NCBI GenBank assembly: GCA_049298935.1
Contig: JBAQWN010000002.1
Coordinates: 1-46,495, forward strand
Source: Minisyncoccia bacterium
GTDB lineage: Bacteria; Patescibacteriota; Minisyncoccia; Phycocordibacterales; Phycocordibacteraceae
Length of the DNA stretch: 46,495 nt
Direction of reading: 5' to 3'
The translations under genes and the position numbers were made by a program. The notes beneath the pieces were generated by a model that did no database searches, was not told where the DNA came from, and saw only the letters and a list, made by a program, of their open reading frames with translations. Below are positions 15,664-23,224 of this stretch, piece after piece (position 1 is the stretch's first letter; every line of letters begins with the position of its first letter).

Positions 15664-16404
15664 ATGAATACATCTGCAAACAATTATGATGAGGCTGTTG
15701 AAATAGCTCCGGGAATTTATTGGGTTGGGTTTTATGATAAGGATGCGATTTTTTCTTGCAATCCGTATCTCATTGTCGACGGCGACGAGGCTATCTTGAT
15801 AGATGGTGGATCGCTCGGGCATTTCCCCTTTGTGGCGAGAAAAGTTTTTAGCATCATTGAGCCGTCAAAAATAAAAAATCTCATATTGCACCATATGGAC
15901 CCAGACCTCTGCGCGTCCATGCCTCTTTTCCAAAATATTATCGATAACAAAGATCTTCAGGTCATTTCTCACTATCGCGCGTCGCTCCTGATAGCGTATT
16001 ACTCTCAAGAGAAAATGAATTTCTATTATCCAGAAAAAAACGATAATATATTCAGATTTTCGTCAGGGAGAACATTACGATTTATTCCTGCTCACTATCT
16101 TCACACGCCGGGCACTATTAACACGTATGATGAGAAGACGAAGATCTTATTCTCCTCAGACATTTTTGGTGCGTTTACGCCGAAATGGGAGCTATACGCT
16201 GATAAAGAGTATCCAGAGAAGATGAGAACATTCCATGAAAATTACATGCCATCCAACAGAATCATGGAACAATATCTGGACCGAATAAAAAAGTTAGATA
16301 TCGAGATGATTTGTTCACAGCACGGATCGATTATTAAGAAGGATCTTGTTGATCAATCAATACGGGCATTGGGAAATTTTGAATATGGAAAGTATATGGA
16401 GTAA
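15664..16404 (+). CDS. Stand-alone FprA-type metallo-beta-lactamase-fold (di-iron) domain protein, ODP-like
   Basis: It aligns by eye along its whole length with the N-terminal domain of flavodiiron proteins: IAPGIYWVG, NPYLIVDGDEAILIDG, LHHMDPDL (vs NH-x-E-x-DH), LHTPG (vs LHWPD), FSSDIFG (vs NDAFG), SQHGSII (vs PSHGII). There is no flavodoxin domain. Confidence 0.75.
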   Translation: MNTSANNYDEAVEIAPGIYWVGFYDKDAIFSCNPYLIVDGDEAILIDGGSLGHFPFVARKVFSIIEPSKIKNLILHHMDPDLCASMPLFQNIIDNKDLQVISHYRASLLIAYYSQEKMNFYYPEKNDNIFRFSSGRTLRFIPAHYLHTPGTINTYDEKTKILFSSDIFGAFTPKWELYADKEYPEKMRTFHENYMPSNRIMEQYLDRIKKLDIEMICSQHGSIIKKDLVDQSIRALGNFEYGKYME

Positions 16405-16408
16405 GCGT

Positions 16409-17779
16409 ATGTTTTTTAAACATGAAAAAGATCATCAAATAAAATCTCTCACGAAAGAGCTGTCAATGGAGCGCCTCAGTGCTTTTGCTGATTCGTTCTT
16501 AAGAAAGCAAGAGCGCAGATTATTATTTGAAGTAATGAAAAATGCATCTGATTTGCGCAGATTGAAGAAATTAACCGATGGGTTTGCCACACAGAACGAG
16601 CTGTTGAACCAGACAGAGCTCGCGATGCTTAATTTGCTCGATGACGCCAAACTTCTAGAAGGGAAGCTTGAGATGGAAAAAGAAAGTGTTGAGCGCAAGG
16701 TCGTCTTGCGTACGCAAGAGCTCGAGGTCGAGCGGTCCCGTCTCTTTGCTTCTATCAACAGTCTCTCGTTTGGCTTTATCATCGTTGATATGAATCATCG
16801 CGTCCTTCTTGAGAATAATGCGATGATGCAACTCTTTGGTTTTTCTGATAAAGATGAAGTCACTATTGAAAATATTTCAAACCTCCTAGGTGAACACTTC
16901 GATGTCAAAATGGAGGCAGAGCGATGCGTGAAGGGTAAGGCGGTGTGTGAAATAAAAGAGATTATTTTTGGTACAAAATTTCTTCGCGGTATTATTGCTC
17001 CCGTTCTCTCGGGCACCGCTGATGAGAAGGTCGGTTACGTCTTCCTGCTTGAAGACATTACGGAGGCTAAGGTGATGGAGAGGAGTCGTGAAGAATTTTT
17101 TGCGGTCGCCAGTCACGAGCTCCGTACGCCACTCACGGCTATTCGTGGCAACGCGGATATGATTTTGAGCATGTTTGCAGACAAAATAGTCGATAAGGAT
17201 ATGAAAGAGATGCTTGAAGATATTGACACGTCGAGCGTGCGCCTGATTTCAATCGTGAACGACTTCTTAGAGGTGTCGCGCCTCGAACAGGGGAGGGTTG
17301 AGATCAAGAAAGAAGATTTCGATATATCGCTCATGGTGGAGAGAGTTGTGCGCGACCTAAAGACTATGGTCGAGCAAAAAGGCTTGTCTATTGTCTATAC
17401 CGCACCTACCTCTCCTATGCCAATGGTGCGTGCCGATAAAAATAAAACAGAACAGATTCTTCTGAACCTTGTTGGGAATGCGGTGAAATTTACCAAAGAG
17501 GGCGGTATTACGGTTACTACGACGGTGGCAGACGGTTTTGTTACTACCCAGATTATTGATACTGGCACAGGCATTTCAGAGCATAATCAGTCGCTTCTCT
17601 TTAGAAAGTTTCAGCAGGCAGGAGAGCAGATGCTTGCGCGGGACGTGACCCAGAGCACTGGTCTCGGTCTGTACATTTCTAAGCTCATTATCACGAACAT
17701 GGGCGGTACCATAGGGCTTTCGAAAAGCGAGTTTGGCAAAGGGAGCACGTTCTTCTTTACCTTACCAATAGTGGTATAG
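16409..17779 (+). CDS. Soluble sensor histidine kinase (coiled coil - PAS - HisKA - HATPase_c)
   Basis: Start chosen at ATG 16409 because GGAG (16398-16401) lies 7 nt upstream. H-box FFAVASHELRTPLTAIRG, N-box LLNLVGNAVKFT, G1 DTGTGI, G2 GLGLYIS. No TM segment. Confidence 0.85.
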   Translation: MFFKHEKDHQIKSLTKELSMERLSAFADSFLRKQERRLLFEVMKNASDLRRLKKLTDGFATQNELLNQTELAMLNLLDDAKLLEGKLEMEKESVERKVVLRTQELEVERSRLFASINSLSFGFIIVDMNHRVLLENNAMMQLFGFSDKDEVTIENISNLLGEHFDVKMEAERCVKGKAVCEIKEIIFGTKFLRGIIAPVLSGTADEKVGYVFLLEDITEAKVMERSREEFFAVASHELRTPLTAIRGNADMILSMFADKIVDKDMKEMLEDIDTSSVRLISIVNDFLEVSRLEQGRVEIKKEDFDISLMVERVVRDLKTMVEQKGLSIVYTAPTSPMPMVRADKNKTEQILLNLVGNAVKFTKEGGITVTTTVADGFVTTQIIDTGTGISEHNQSLLFRKFQQAGEQMLARDVTQSTGLGLYISKLIITNMGGTIGLSKSEFGKGSTFFFTLPIVV

Positions 17780-17785
17780 TATACT
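17772..17785 (+). promoter_or_regulatory. Overlapping -10-like boxes TGGTATAGT / TATACT upstream of ATG 17792
   Basis: TGGTATAGTATACT. TATACT (17780-17785) is 6 nt from the ATG. The box overlaps the kinase stop codon, so this may be an internal promoter or a coincidence. Confidence 0.3.
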
Positions 17786-17791
17786 CAATCT

Positions 17792-18217
17792 ATGGCTAAA
17801 CTATTTATGGCAGAAGACGATCCGCTCATGAGCCGTATGTATGAGCGGGCATTTCGCCTTGGGGGGCACGAGCTCACGATGGCGCACGACGGTGAAGAAG
17901 CCGTCACACTTTTGCTGAAGGCAGATCCAAAGCCGGAGGTCATTATGCTCGATATCATGATGCCGAAGCTAAATGGCTTTGACGTTTTGCGCAAGGTCAA
18001 AGAAGACGAGAAGCTTAAACGCGTTCCTGTCATCATGCTCACCAACCTTGCGGGTGAAGCGGATGCTGAAAAGGCTCTCGGTCTCGGCGCCGTGCTCTAT
18101 CTCGTGAAGAGTCAGTATGATCCGAAAGAGATCGTCAGTAAAGTGCAGGAGATCATTGCGGCTTCGTCGCGCGGAGACAATGTGCCCGCAGTCACCGTCG
18201 AGGTGAAGAAGAGTTAA
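17792..18217 (+). CDS. Single-domain response regulator (REC only, CheY-like)
   Basis: Acidic pocket EDD (aa 8-10), phospho-acceptor D in VIMLDIMMP, T in IMLTN, K in YLVKS. At 141 aa there is no output domain. Confidence 0.85.
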   Translation: MAKLFMAEDDPLMSRMYERAFRLGGHELTMAHDGEEAVTLLLKADPKPEVIMLDIMMPKLNGFDVLRKVKEDEKLKRVPVIMLTNLAGEADAEKALGLGAVLYLVKSQYDPKEIVSKVQEIIAASSRGDNVPAVTVEVKKS

Positions 18218-18221
18218 TCCA

Positions 18222-19904
18222 ATGGTTCGACAGCTTCTCGAGCGTATCGCGGCACCCGTACGCGGCCTGCATCAGGCCGCGTACTTACTCGCGGGCCTCA
18301 CACTCGCGTCGCAGGCGCTCGCTCTCTTGCGGGACCGTACCTTCGCTCACACCTTTGGTGCTGGGCAGACGCTTGATATTTATTATGCTGCGTTTCGCGT
18401 GCCTGATCTCGTTTTCGCTCTCGTCTCATCACTCGTGAGTGCCTATGTTATTATCCCGCGCATTGCCGGGATGAGCAGAGAAGAGACCCAGAGACTGCTT
18501 TCTGAGTCAGCGACATTCCTCTTCGGTGTTGGCGGGTTTATTTGCATTATTCTCGGCATTTTCATGCCGCAGTTCTTGACGTTTTTGTATCCGAGCCTCA
18601 TGGCGTCGTCGCAACAGTCTGCCTTTGTTTTTCTTGCGCGCATCTTGCTTGTCCAACCAATCTTGCTCGGACTCTCGGGTGTTATCGGGAGTGTTGCACA
18701 GGTGCATCGGCGATTTACCCTCTTCGCGCTCTCTCCGGTGCTCTACAATCTCGGTATCATTATTGGTGCCATCGTTCTCTATCCTCTTTGGGGTTTGCCG
18801 GGAATCGGTGTCGGCGTTGTTATCGGTGCCGTCGCCTACCTCTCAGTGCATATTCCCGTCGTGATGCAGGCGGGAGTTATGCCACACGTGCGCTTCCCGA
18901 CATTTTCGCTCATGTACTCGGTCATGCGTGATTCAGTGCCACGCTCGCTTGCGCTCAGTGTCAATTCGATCATGTTGCTTGTCTTGACTGCGATGGCGGC
19001 GCGCATAGGTACCGGAGGCGTTTCTGTTTTTAGTTTTGCGAGTAATCTCGAGGCAGTGCCACTCGCTCTTATTGGCTCGTCCTATGCTATTGCGGCATTC
19101 CCCGCACTTTCTGAAGCGTTTGCGAAAAAAGATAAAGAAGAATTCATGAAGATTCTTTCAGCAAGCGCGCGACATATTATCCTTTGGTCGATCGTTGCTT
19201 TCGGTCTTATTGTGGTCTTGCGTGCACATATTGTGCGCGTCATCCTCGGGTCCGGCGCTTTTGATTGGAATGCGACGCGCCTTACGGCGGCCCTTCTTGC
19301 CGTCCTTGCGCTCGGTCTTGTTGTCGATTCTCTCAAACTACTCTTCTCACGAGCGCTCTATGCCGCACAACAATCGTGGCGACCGCTTTTATATCAATTG
19401 GCTGGGGCTGCTCTTACGATTGCTCTCGCGCTCGCTTTCCTCGCTTTGCCAGGTGCGGGTATTCCCTCGTCGCTCGCTTCTCTTTTAAGAGTCACCGATG
19501 TTGTGGGGGCAGACGTACTTCTTCTCGCGCTTGCGTATGTCATAGGTCAATTTTTTCTCGTCTTCCTTTCTCTAATCGCACTTCGCACTATTGTACCTGG
19601 GCTCAGTCGCACGCTCGTGCGACCAGTCTTCGATGGTGGTTTTGCCGCGTTCGCTGGTGGTGTGGCGGCGTACGGTATTCTCGTTATTGCGGGTGGCATC
19701 GCTTCTCTCACGACGCTCGCCGCCGTCTTCACGCAAGGGTTCGTCGCTGGCGTGGTAGGTCTTGCTGTTTCGGGTCTGGTACTTTTCTTTGTTGAAAATG
19801 AAGAGTTCCTTATTGTCGCACAAGCACTTTCGAGATTGATGCATCTCCCGATGCATCGAGCATCGGAACTCGTCTCGCCGATAGAAGACCCAACACGCTC
19901 ATGA
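18222..19904 (+). CDS. murJ: Lipid II flippase MurJ (MviN family)
   Basis: 560 aa, polytopic throughout. N-terminal LALLRDRTFAHTFGAGQTLDIYYAAFRVPD matches the MurJ signature region. Confidence 0.8.
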   Translation: MVRQLLERIAAPVRGLHQAAYLLAGLTLASQALALLRDRTFAHTFGAGQTLDIYYAAFRVPDLVFALVSSLVSAYVIIPRIAGMSREETQRLLSESATFLFGVGGFICIILGIFMPQFLTFLYPSLMASSQQSAFVFLARILLVQPILLGLSGVIGSVAQVHRRFTLFALSPVLYNLGIIIGAIVLYPLWGLPGIGVGVVIGAVAYLSVHIPVVMQAGVMPHVRFPTFSLMYSVMRDSVPRSLALSVNSIMLLVLTAMAARIGTGGVSVFSFASNLEAVPLALIGSSYAIAAFPALSEAFAKKDKEEFMKILSASARHIILWSIVAFGLIVVLRAHIVRVILGSGAFDWNATRLTAALLAVLALGLVVDSLKLLFSRALYAAQQSWRPLLYQLAGAALTIALALAFLALPGAGIPSSLASLLRVTDVVGADVLLLALAYVIGQFFLVFLSLIALRTIVPGLSRTLVRPVFDGGFAAFAGGVAAYGILVIAGGIASLTTLAAVFTQGFVAGVVGLAVSGLVLFFVENEEFLIVAQALSRLMHLPMHRASELVSPIEDPTRS

Positions 19905-21697
19905 ACCAAAAACTTATTCGTAATTTTTCGATTATTGCCCATGTCGACCACGGCAAGTCGACCTTGGCCGACCGCTTGCTCGAGCGCACGGGGGCTATCC
20001 CTGAGCGCAAGATGCGCGACCAGGTGCTTGATCGTATGGACCTTGAGCGCGAACGGGGCATCACGATAAAGATGCAGCCGGTCAGGATGCAGTACGGCGA
20101 GTATGTATTTAATTTGATCGATACTCCCGGGCATATCGATTTCTCTTACGAAGTATCACGGGCGCTCAAGGCAGTCGAGGGAGTGCTTCTCTTGGTTGAC
20201 TCGACGCAGGGCATACAGGCGCAGACTCTGACGACACTTGCGATGGCTCAGGCACAAGGGTGTGTGATTATCCCGGTCGTGTCAAAAATCGATGCTCCTG
20301 CCGCTCGTGTTGACGAGGTCGCTAGTGAGCTCGCGCGACTTATCAATGTTGATCGTTCTGAGGTTATTGCCGTGTCTGGGAAAACGGGTGCGGGTGTCGA
20401 AGAATTGCTGGAGGCTATTGCTGAGCGTATTCCACCGCCGCATGCTACGGACATTTCTCAGGGGAGTGAACCGCGCGGTCTTATTTTTGACTTTTCGTTT
20501 TCAAAGCATCGCGGGGTTGCGGTGTATGTGCGTGTCTTCGATGGCGTTTTTGCCAAAGGACAGTCGCTTACTTTTGCCGCCGCAGAAAAAGAGTTTGTGG
20601 CGCTTGAGACGGGTATTTTTACTCCAGAAGAAACTCCTGCAGACTTGCTTGGTGCTGGCGAGATTGGCTATATCGTGACGGGTATCAAGGAGCCGGGTGT
20701 CGTTGCGGTGGGCGACACTATCGGTCTGGTAAAGGGATCTTTGGCGGCACTTCCCGGATATGGTAAACCACGACCCGTTGTCTGGGCGTCTTTGTATCCA
20801 GAAAATCATGATGACCTCCCGCTCTTGCGGCAGTCACTTGGGCGTTTGCGACTTTCAGATTCGTCACTTTCATTTGAAGAAGAATCCTCTGGTGTGCTCG
20901 GGAGGGGGTTCCGTTGTGGATTTCTCGGACTTTTACATCTTGAGATTATTACCGAGCGTTTGCGAAGAGAGTTTGGTCTCAGACTCATCGTGACTATCCC
21001 GACGATCTCTTATGTGGTCACTCGTACAAACGGTTCTCGTGAGACGATCTATACACCAGCGAAGTTCCCTGAACACGGCGATATTGAGCGTATTGAAGAG
21101 CCGTGGGCGAAGGTTATTATCATCACGCCACCCGACACGCTCTCGGCACTTGTTCAGCTACTCTATGAGCATGAAGCGTTGACGCTTGGTACAGAGACAT
21201 ATCAAGATTTGCGGGTAGAAATGACTGTCGAGATGCCACTTCGTGAACTTATGCGTGGCTTCTTCGATGCTCTCAAAAATATTTCTTCGGGATACGCCTC
21301 GCTTTCCTATGAGATCCTGCCTGAGCGGCCTGCAGACGTTGTGCGACTCGATATTCTCGTCGCTGAAGAACCGGTGCCGGCTTTTGCGCGTGTTATTGCC
21401 TCGAGGCGTGTTCAAGAAGAGGCAGAAAAGATGGTGGAGAAATTGCACGAAGCTCTCCCGAAACAGCTCTTTAATACAAAAATTCAGGCACGCGTTGGTG
21501 GGCGCATTATCGCTTCTCGAACGCTCTCGGCAATGCGTAAGGACGTCACGGGGTATCTCTATGGTGGCGACGTATCGCGCAAGAATAAGCTTCTCGACAA
21601 GCAGAAGAAAGGTAAGAAGAAAATGCTTGAGCGTGGCACGGGCAAAGTGAATATCCCTGAAGAGGTCTTTATGAAAATGGTACAGTCTGATTCTTAA
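19901..21697 (+). CDS. lepA: Translation elongation factor 4 (LepA)
   Basis: IRNFSIIAHVDHGKSTLADRLLE, DTPGHIDF, and a LepA-specific C-terminal region ending in a basic tail (KQKKGKKKM). ATGA overlap with murJ. Confidence 0.95.
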   Translation: MNQKLIRNFSIIAHVDHGKSTLADRLLERTGAIPERKMRDQVLDRMDLERERGITIKMQPVRMQYGEYVFNLIDTPGHIDFSYEVSRALKAVEGVLLLVDSTQGIQAQTLTTLAMAQAQGCVIIPVVSKIDAPAARVDEVASELARLINVDRSEVIAVSGKTGAGVEELLEAIAERIPPPHATDISQGSEPRGLIFDFSFSKHRGVAVYVRVFDGVFAKGQSLTFAAAEKEFVALETGIFTPEETPADLLGAGEIGYIVTGIKEPGVVAVGDTIGLVKGSLAALPGYGKPRPVVWASLYPENHDDLPLLRQSLGRLRLSDSSLSFEEESSGVLGRGFRCGFLGLLHLEIITERLRREFGLRLIVTIPTISYVVTRTNGSRETIYTPAKFPEHGDIERIEEPWAKVIIITPPDTLSALVQLLYEHEALTLGTETYQDLRVEMTVEMPLRELMRGFFDALKNISSGYASLSYEILPERPADVVRLDILVAEEPVPAFARVIASRRVQEEAEKMVEKLHEALPKQLFNTKIQARVGGRIIASRTLSAMRKDVTGYLYGGDVSRKNKLLDKQKKGKKKMLERGTGKVNIPEEVFMKMVQSDS

Positions 21698-21756
21698 CGC
21701 AAAACAAGGTTCGACCTTAGATCCGAATCCTCAAGGTCGAACCTTGTTTTGCGTTA
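21695..21756 (+). other. Perfect 24-bp inverted repeat (stem-loop) between lepA and the ftsB-like gene
   Basis: TAACGCAAAACAAGGTTCGACCTT (21695-21718), 14-nt loop AGATCCGAATCCTC, then AAGGTCGAACCTTGTTTTGCGTTA (21733-21756). The 5' arm starts at the lepA stop codon. No T-run follows. Confidence 0.9.
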
Positions 21757-21766
21757 TACTGACATC

Positions 21767-22102
21767 ATGCGCACGCATCAGTGGAAACGGGGAATTCTTA
21801 TCGGTGTTCTTTTGCTCGTGATATTCTGGCTTATGTCGCTTATCTGGGGTCTTTCGGGAAAGGCTCAGATAGCGGTGTCTCAAGCAAACGAGGCCGAGCG
21901 GCAATATCAATCGCTTGAAGGCCGAAGGGAGTCGCTTGCGGCGAGTCTTGCCGCTCTTGCTACCGAGCGTGGGCGCGACGCGGCCATACGAACGGCCTTT
22001 GGGGTTGCGCGACCAGGAGAAGAAGTCATCGTGGTGGTGCCACCCGCTACGACGACTGAGGTCGCACCGTCGTGGTGGCAGAAGATATTAAATTGGTTCT
22101 AA
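21767..22102 (+). CDS. Septum formation initiator-like protein (FtsB/DivIC family), bitopic
   Basis: ATG 21767 is preferred over the TTG at 21749, which lies inside the hairpin. N-terminal TM (GILIGVLLLVIFWLMSLIW), then a coiled coil, then ..AIRTAFGVARPGEEVIVV, resembling the FtsB/DivIC C-terminal motif. Confidence 0.55.
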   Translation: MRTHQWKRGILIGVLLLVIFWLMSLIWGLSGKAQIAVSQANEAERQYQSLEGRRESLAASLAALATERGRDAAIRTAFGVARPGEEVIVVVPPATTTEVAPSWWQKILNWF

Positions 22103-22164
22103 TTTCGCCTACGCTCAATTTCTGCGGGCTTGCCCCGCCGAAGTCGAGCTCCGGCGAGACGAAG

Positions 22165-22235
22165 GCGGGTATGGTTTAGTGGTAGAACGCGACCTTCCCA
22201 AGGTTGAGTCCCGGGTTCGATTCCCGGTACCCGCA
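22165..22235 (+). tRNA. tRNA-Gly (anticodon CCC), CCA not encoded
   Basis: Manual cloverleaf. Perfect 7-bp acceptor stem (GCGGGTA/TACCCGC), 4-bp D stem, and a 5-bp anticodon stem with loop TTCCCAA. The variable loop is 4 nt. The T stem CCGGG/CCCGG is perfect, with T loop TTCGATT; the discriminator is A. Confidence 0.9.
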
Positions 22236-22241
22236 CAGACA

Positions 22242-22250
22242 TGGTATCGT
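22242..22250 (+). promoter_or_regulatory. Extended -10-like box TGGTATCGT, 7 nt upstream of trpS ATG 22258
   Basis: It begins 6 nt after the tRNA 3' end. No SD. Confidence 0.4.
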
Positions 22251-22257
22251 ATCTCAT

Positions 22258-23220
22258 ATGAGCAATCAGAAGCCTATCCTTGTCTCTGGCGTGAAGCCGA
22301 CGGGTGATTTGCACATCGGCAACTACTTTGGCGCGATGCGCCAGTTTGTCGAACTTACGAAAGAAGGGAAGTACAGCCCCTACATTTTCGTCGCTGACTA
22401 TCACGCGCTGAATACGATGCAGGACGCTGAAGAAATGCGTCGTCGCACGCGCGAAGTCGTGATGGCGTATATCGCCATCGGCCTTGATCCAAAAGAGGTT
22501 GTCTTCTTTAAGCAGTCAGACGTTCCGGCACACACCGAGCTCTGTTGGATCTTCGACACGCTCACGACGATGCCCTACTTGATGCGTGCGCACGCTTTTA
22601 AAGATTCTGAGGCAAAGAACAAAGAGATCAATGTTGGCACGTTTAACTATCCGATGCTTATGGCGGCCGACATCTTGCTCTATGACGCCGCCGTTGTTCC
22701 AGTTGGTGCAGATCAGAAACAGCATATCGAGATCGCGCGCGATATGGCAGAGAAATTTAATCGCGTGTATAAGACGGATGTTTTCAAACTCCCCGAGCCA
22801 TATATCATGCCTGAGGTAGCAATCGTTCCAGGGACAGATGGGAAGAAGATGAGTAAGAGTTACGGCAACGTCATTCCTCTTTTCTCCACACGCGAAGAGC
22901 TCGTGAAGGCGGTGATGGGTATCGTCACTGACTCTTCAGGCGATCGGCCCGAGAATGTATTTCAAATCCATAAGCTGGTGCGTGCCGAGTCTGAACTGGT
23001 GAATGTATATGACCAACACAAAGGCAATTACAAAGCACTTAAAGAAACGCTCATCGAAGACCTTGATCGTTACCTAGCGCCGATGCGTGCGAAATATGAG
23101 TCGCTTCAAAATGACTCTTCTATCGTCGACGACGTGCTCGCGCGTGGCAAGATAGAGGCTCGCGCTGTCTCCGATGCAAAAATGGAACATGTCCGCCGCG
23201 CCCTCGGTGTGGCATACTAA
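22258..23220 (+). CDS. trpS: Tryptophan--tRNA ligase
   Basis: The ORF-track start at 22204 (TTG) lies inside the tRNA, so ATG 22258 is used. Class I motifs: GDLHIGNYFGA (HIGH) and KKMSKS. ~320 aa. Confidence 0.9.
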   Translation: MSNQKPILVSGVKPTGDLHIGNYFGAMRQFVELTKEGKYSPYIFVADYHALNTMQDAEEMRRRTREVVMAYIAIGLDPKEVVFFKQSDVPAHTELCWIFDTLTTMPYLMRAHAFKDSEAKNKEINVGTFNYPMLMAADILLYDAAVVPVGADQKQHIEIARDMAEKFNRVYKTDVFKLPEPYIMPEVAIVPGTDGKKMSKSYGNVIPLFSTREELVKAVMGIVTDSSGDRPENVFQIHKLVRAESELVNVYDQHKGNYKALKETLIEDLDRYLAPMRAKYESLQNDSSIVDDVLARGKIEARAVSDAKMEHVRRALGVAY

Positions 23221-23224
23221 TTAT

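Noticed and set aside
16346-16408. Longer kinase ORF starting at 16346 or 16385, overlapping the MBL gene
   Set aside because: ATG 16409 has a GGAG 7 nt upstream and starts 5 nt after the MBL stop. The upstream extension adds no recognisable sequence.
21719-21732. T-loop-like string TCCGAATCC in the loop of the 24-bp hairpin, as a tRNA-fragment or att-site remnant
   Set aside because: It is only a 9-nt resemblance to GGTTCGAATCC. There is no acceptor-stem remnant and no integrase nearby, so it is likely coincidence.
22103-22164. T-box or riboswitch leaders upstream of the aaRS genes (trpS, aspS, gltX, cysS), or an M-box before corA
   Set aside because: The available non-coding spaces are 0-78 nt, too short for these elements, and no specifier or terminator-antiterminator architecture is visible.
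22099-22404. 101-aa minus-strand ORF spanning the tRNA-Gly and the trpS start
   Set aside because: It overlaps a well-formed tRNA and the trpS N-terminus and has no supporting motifs.
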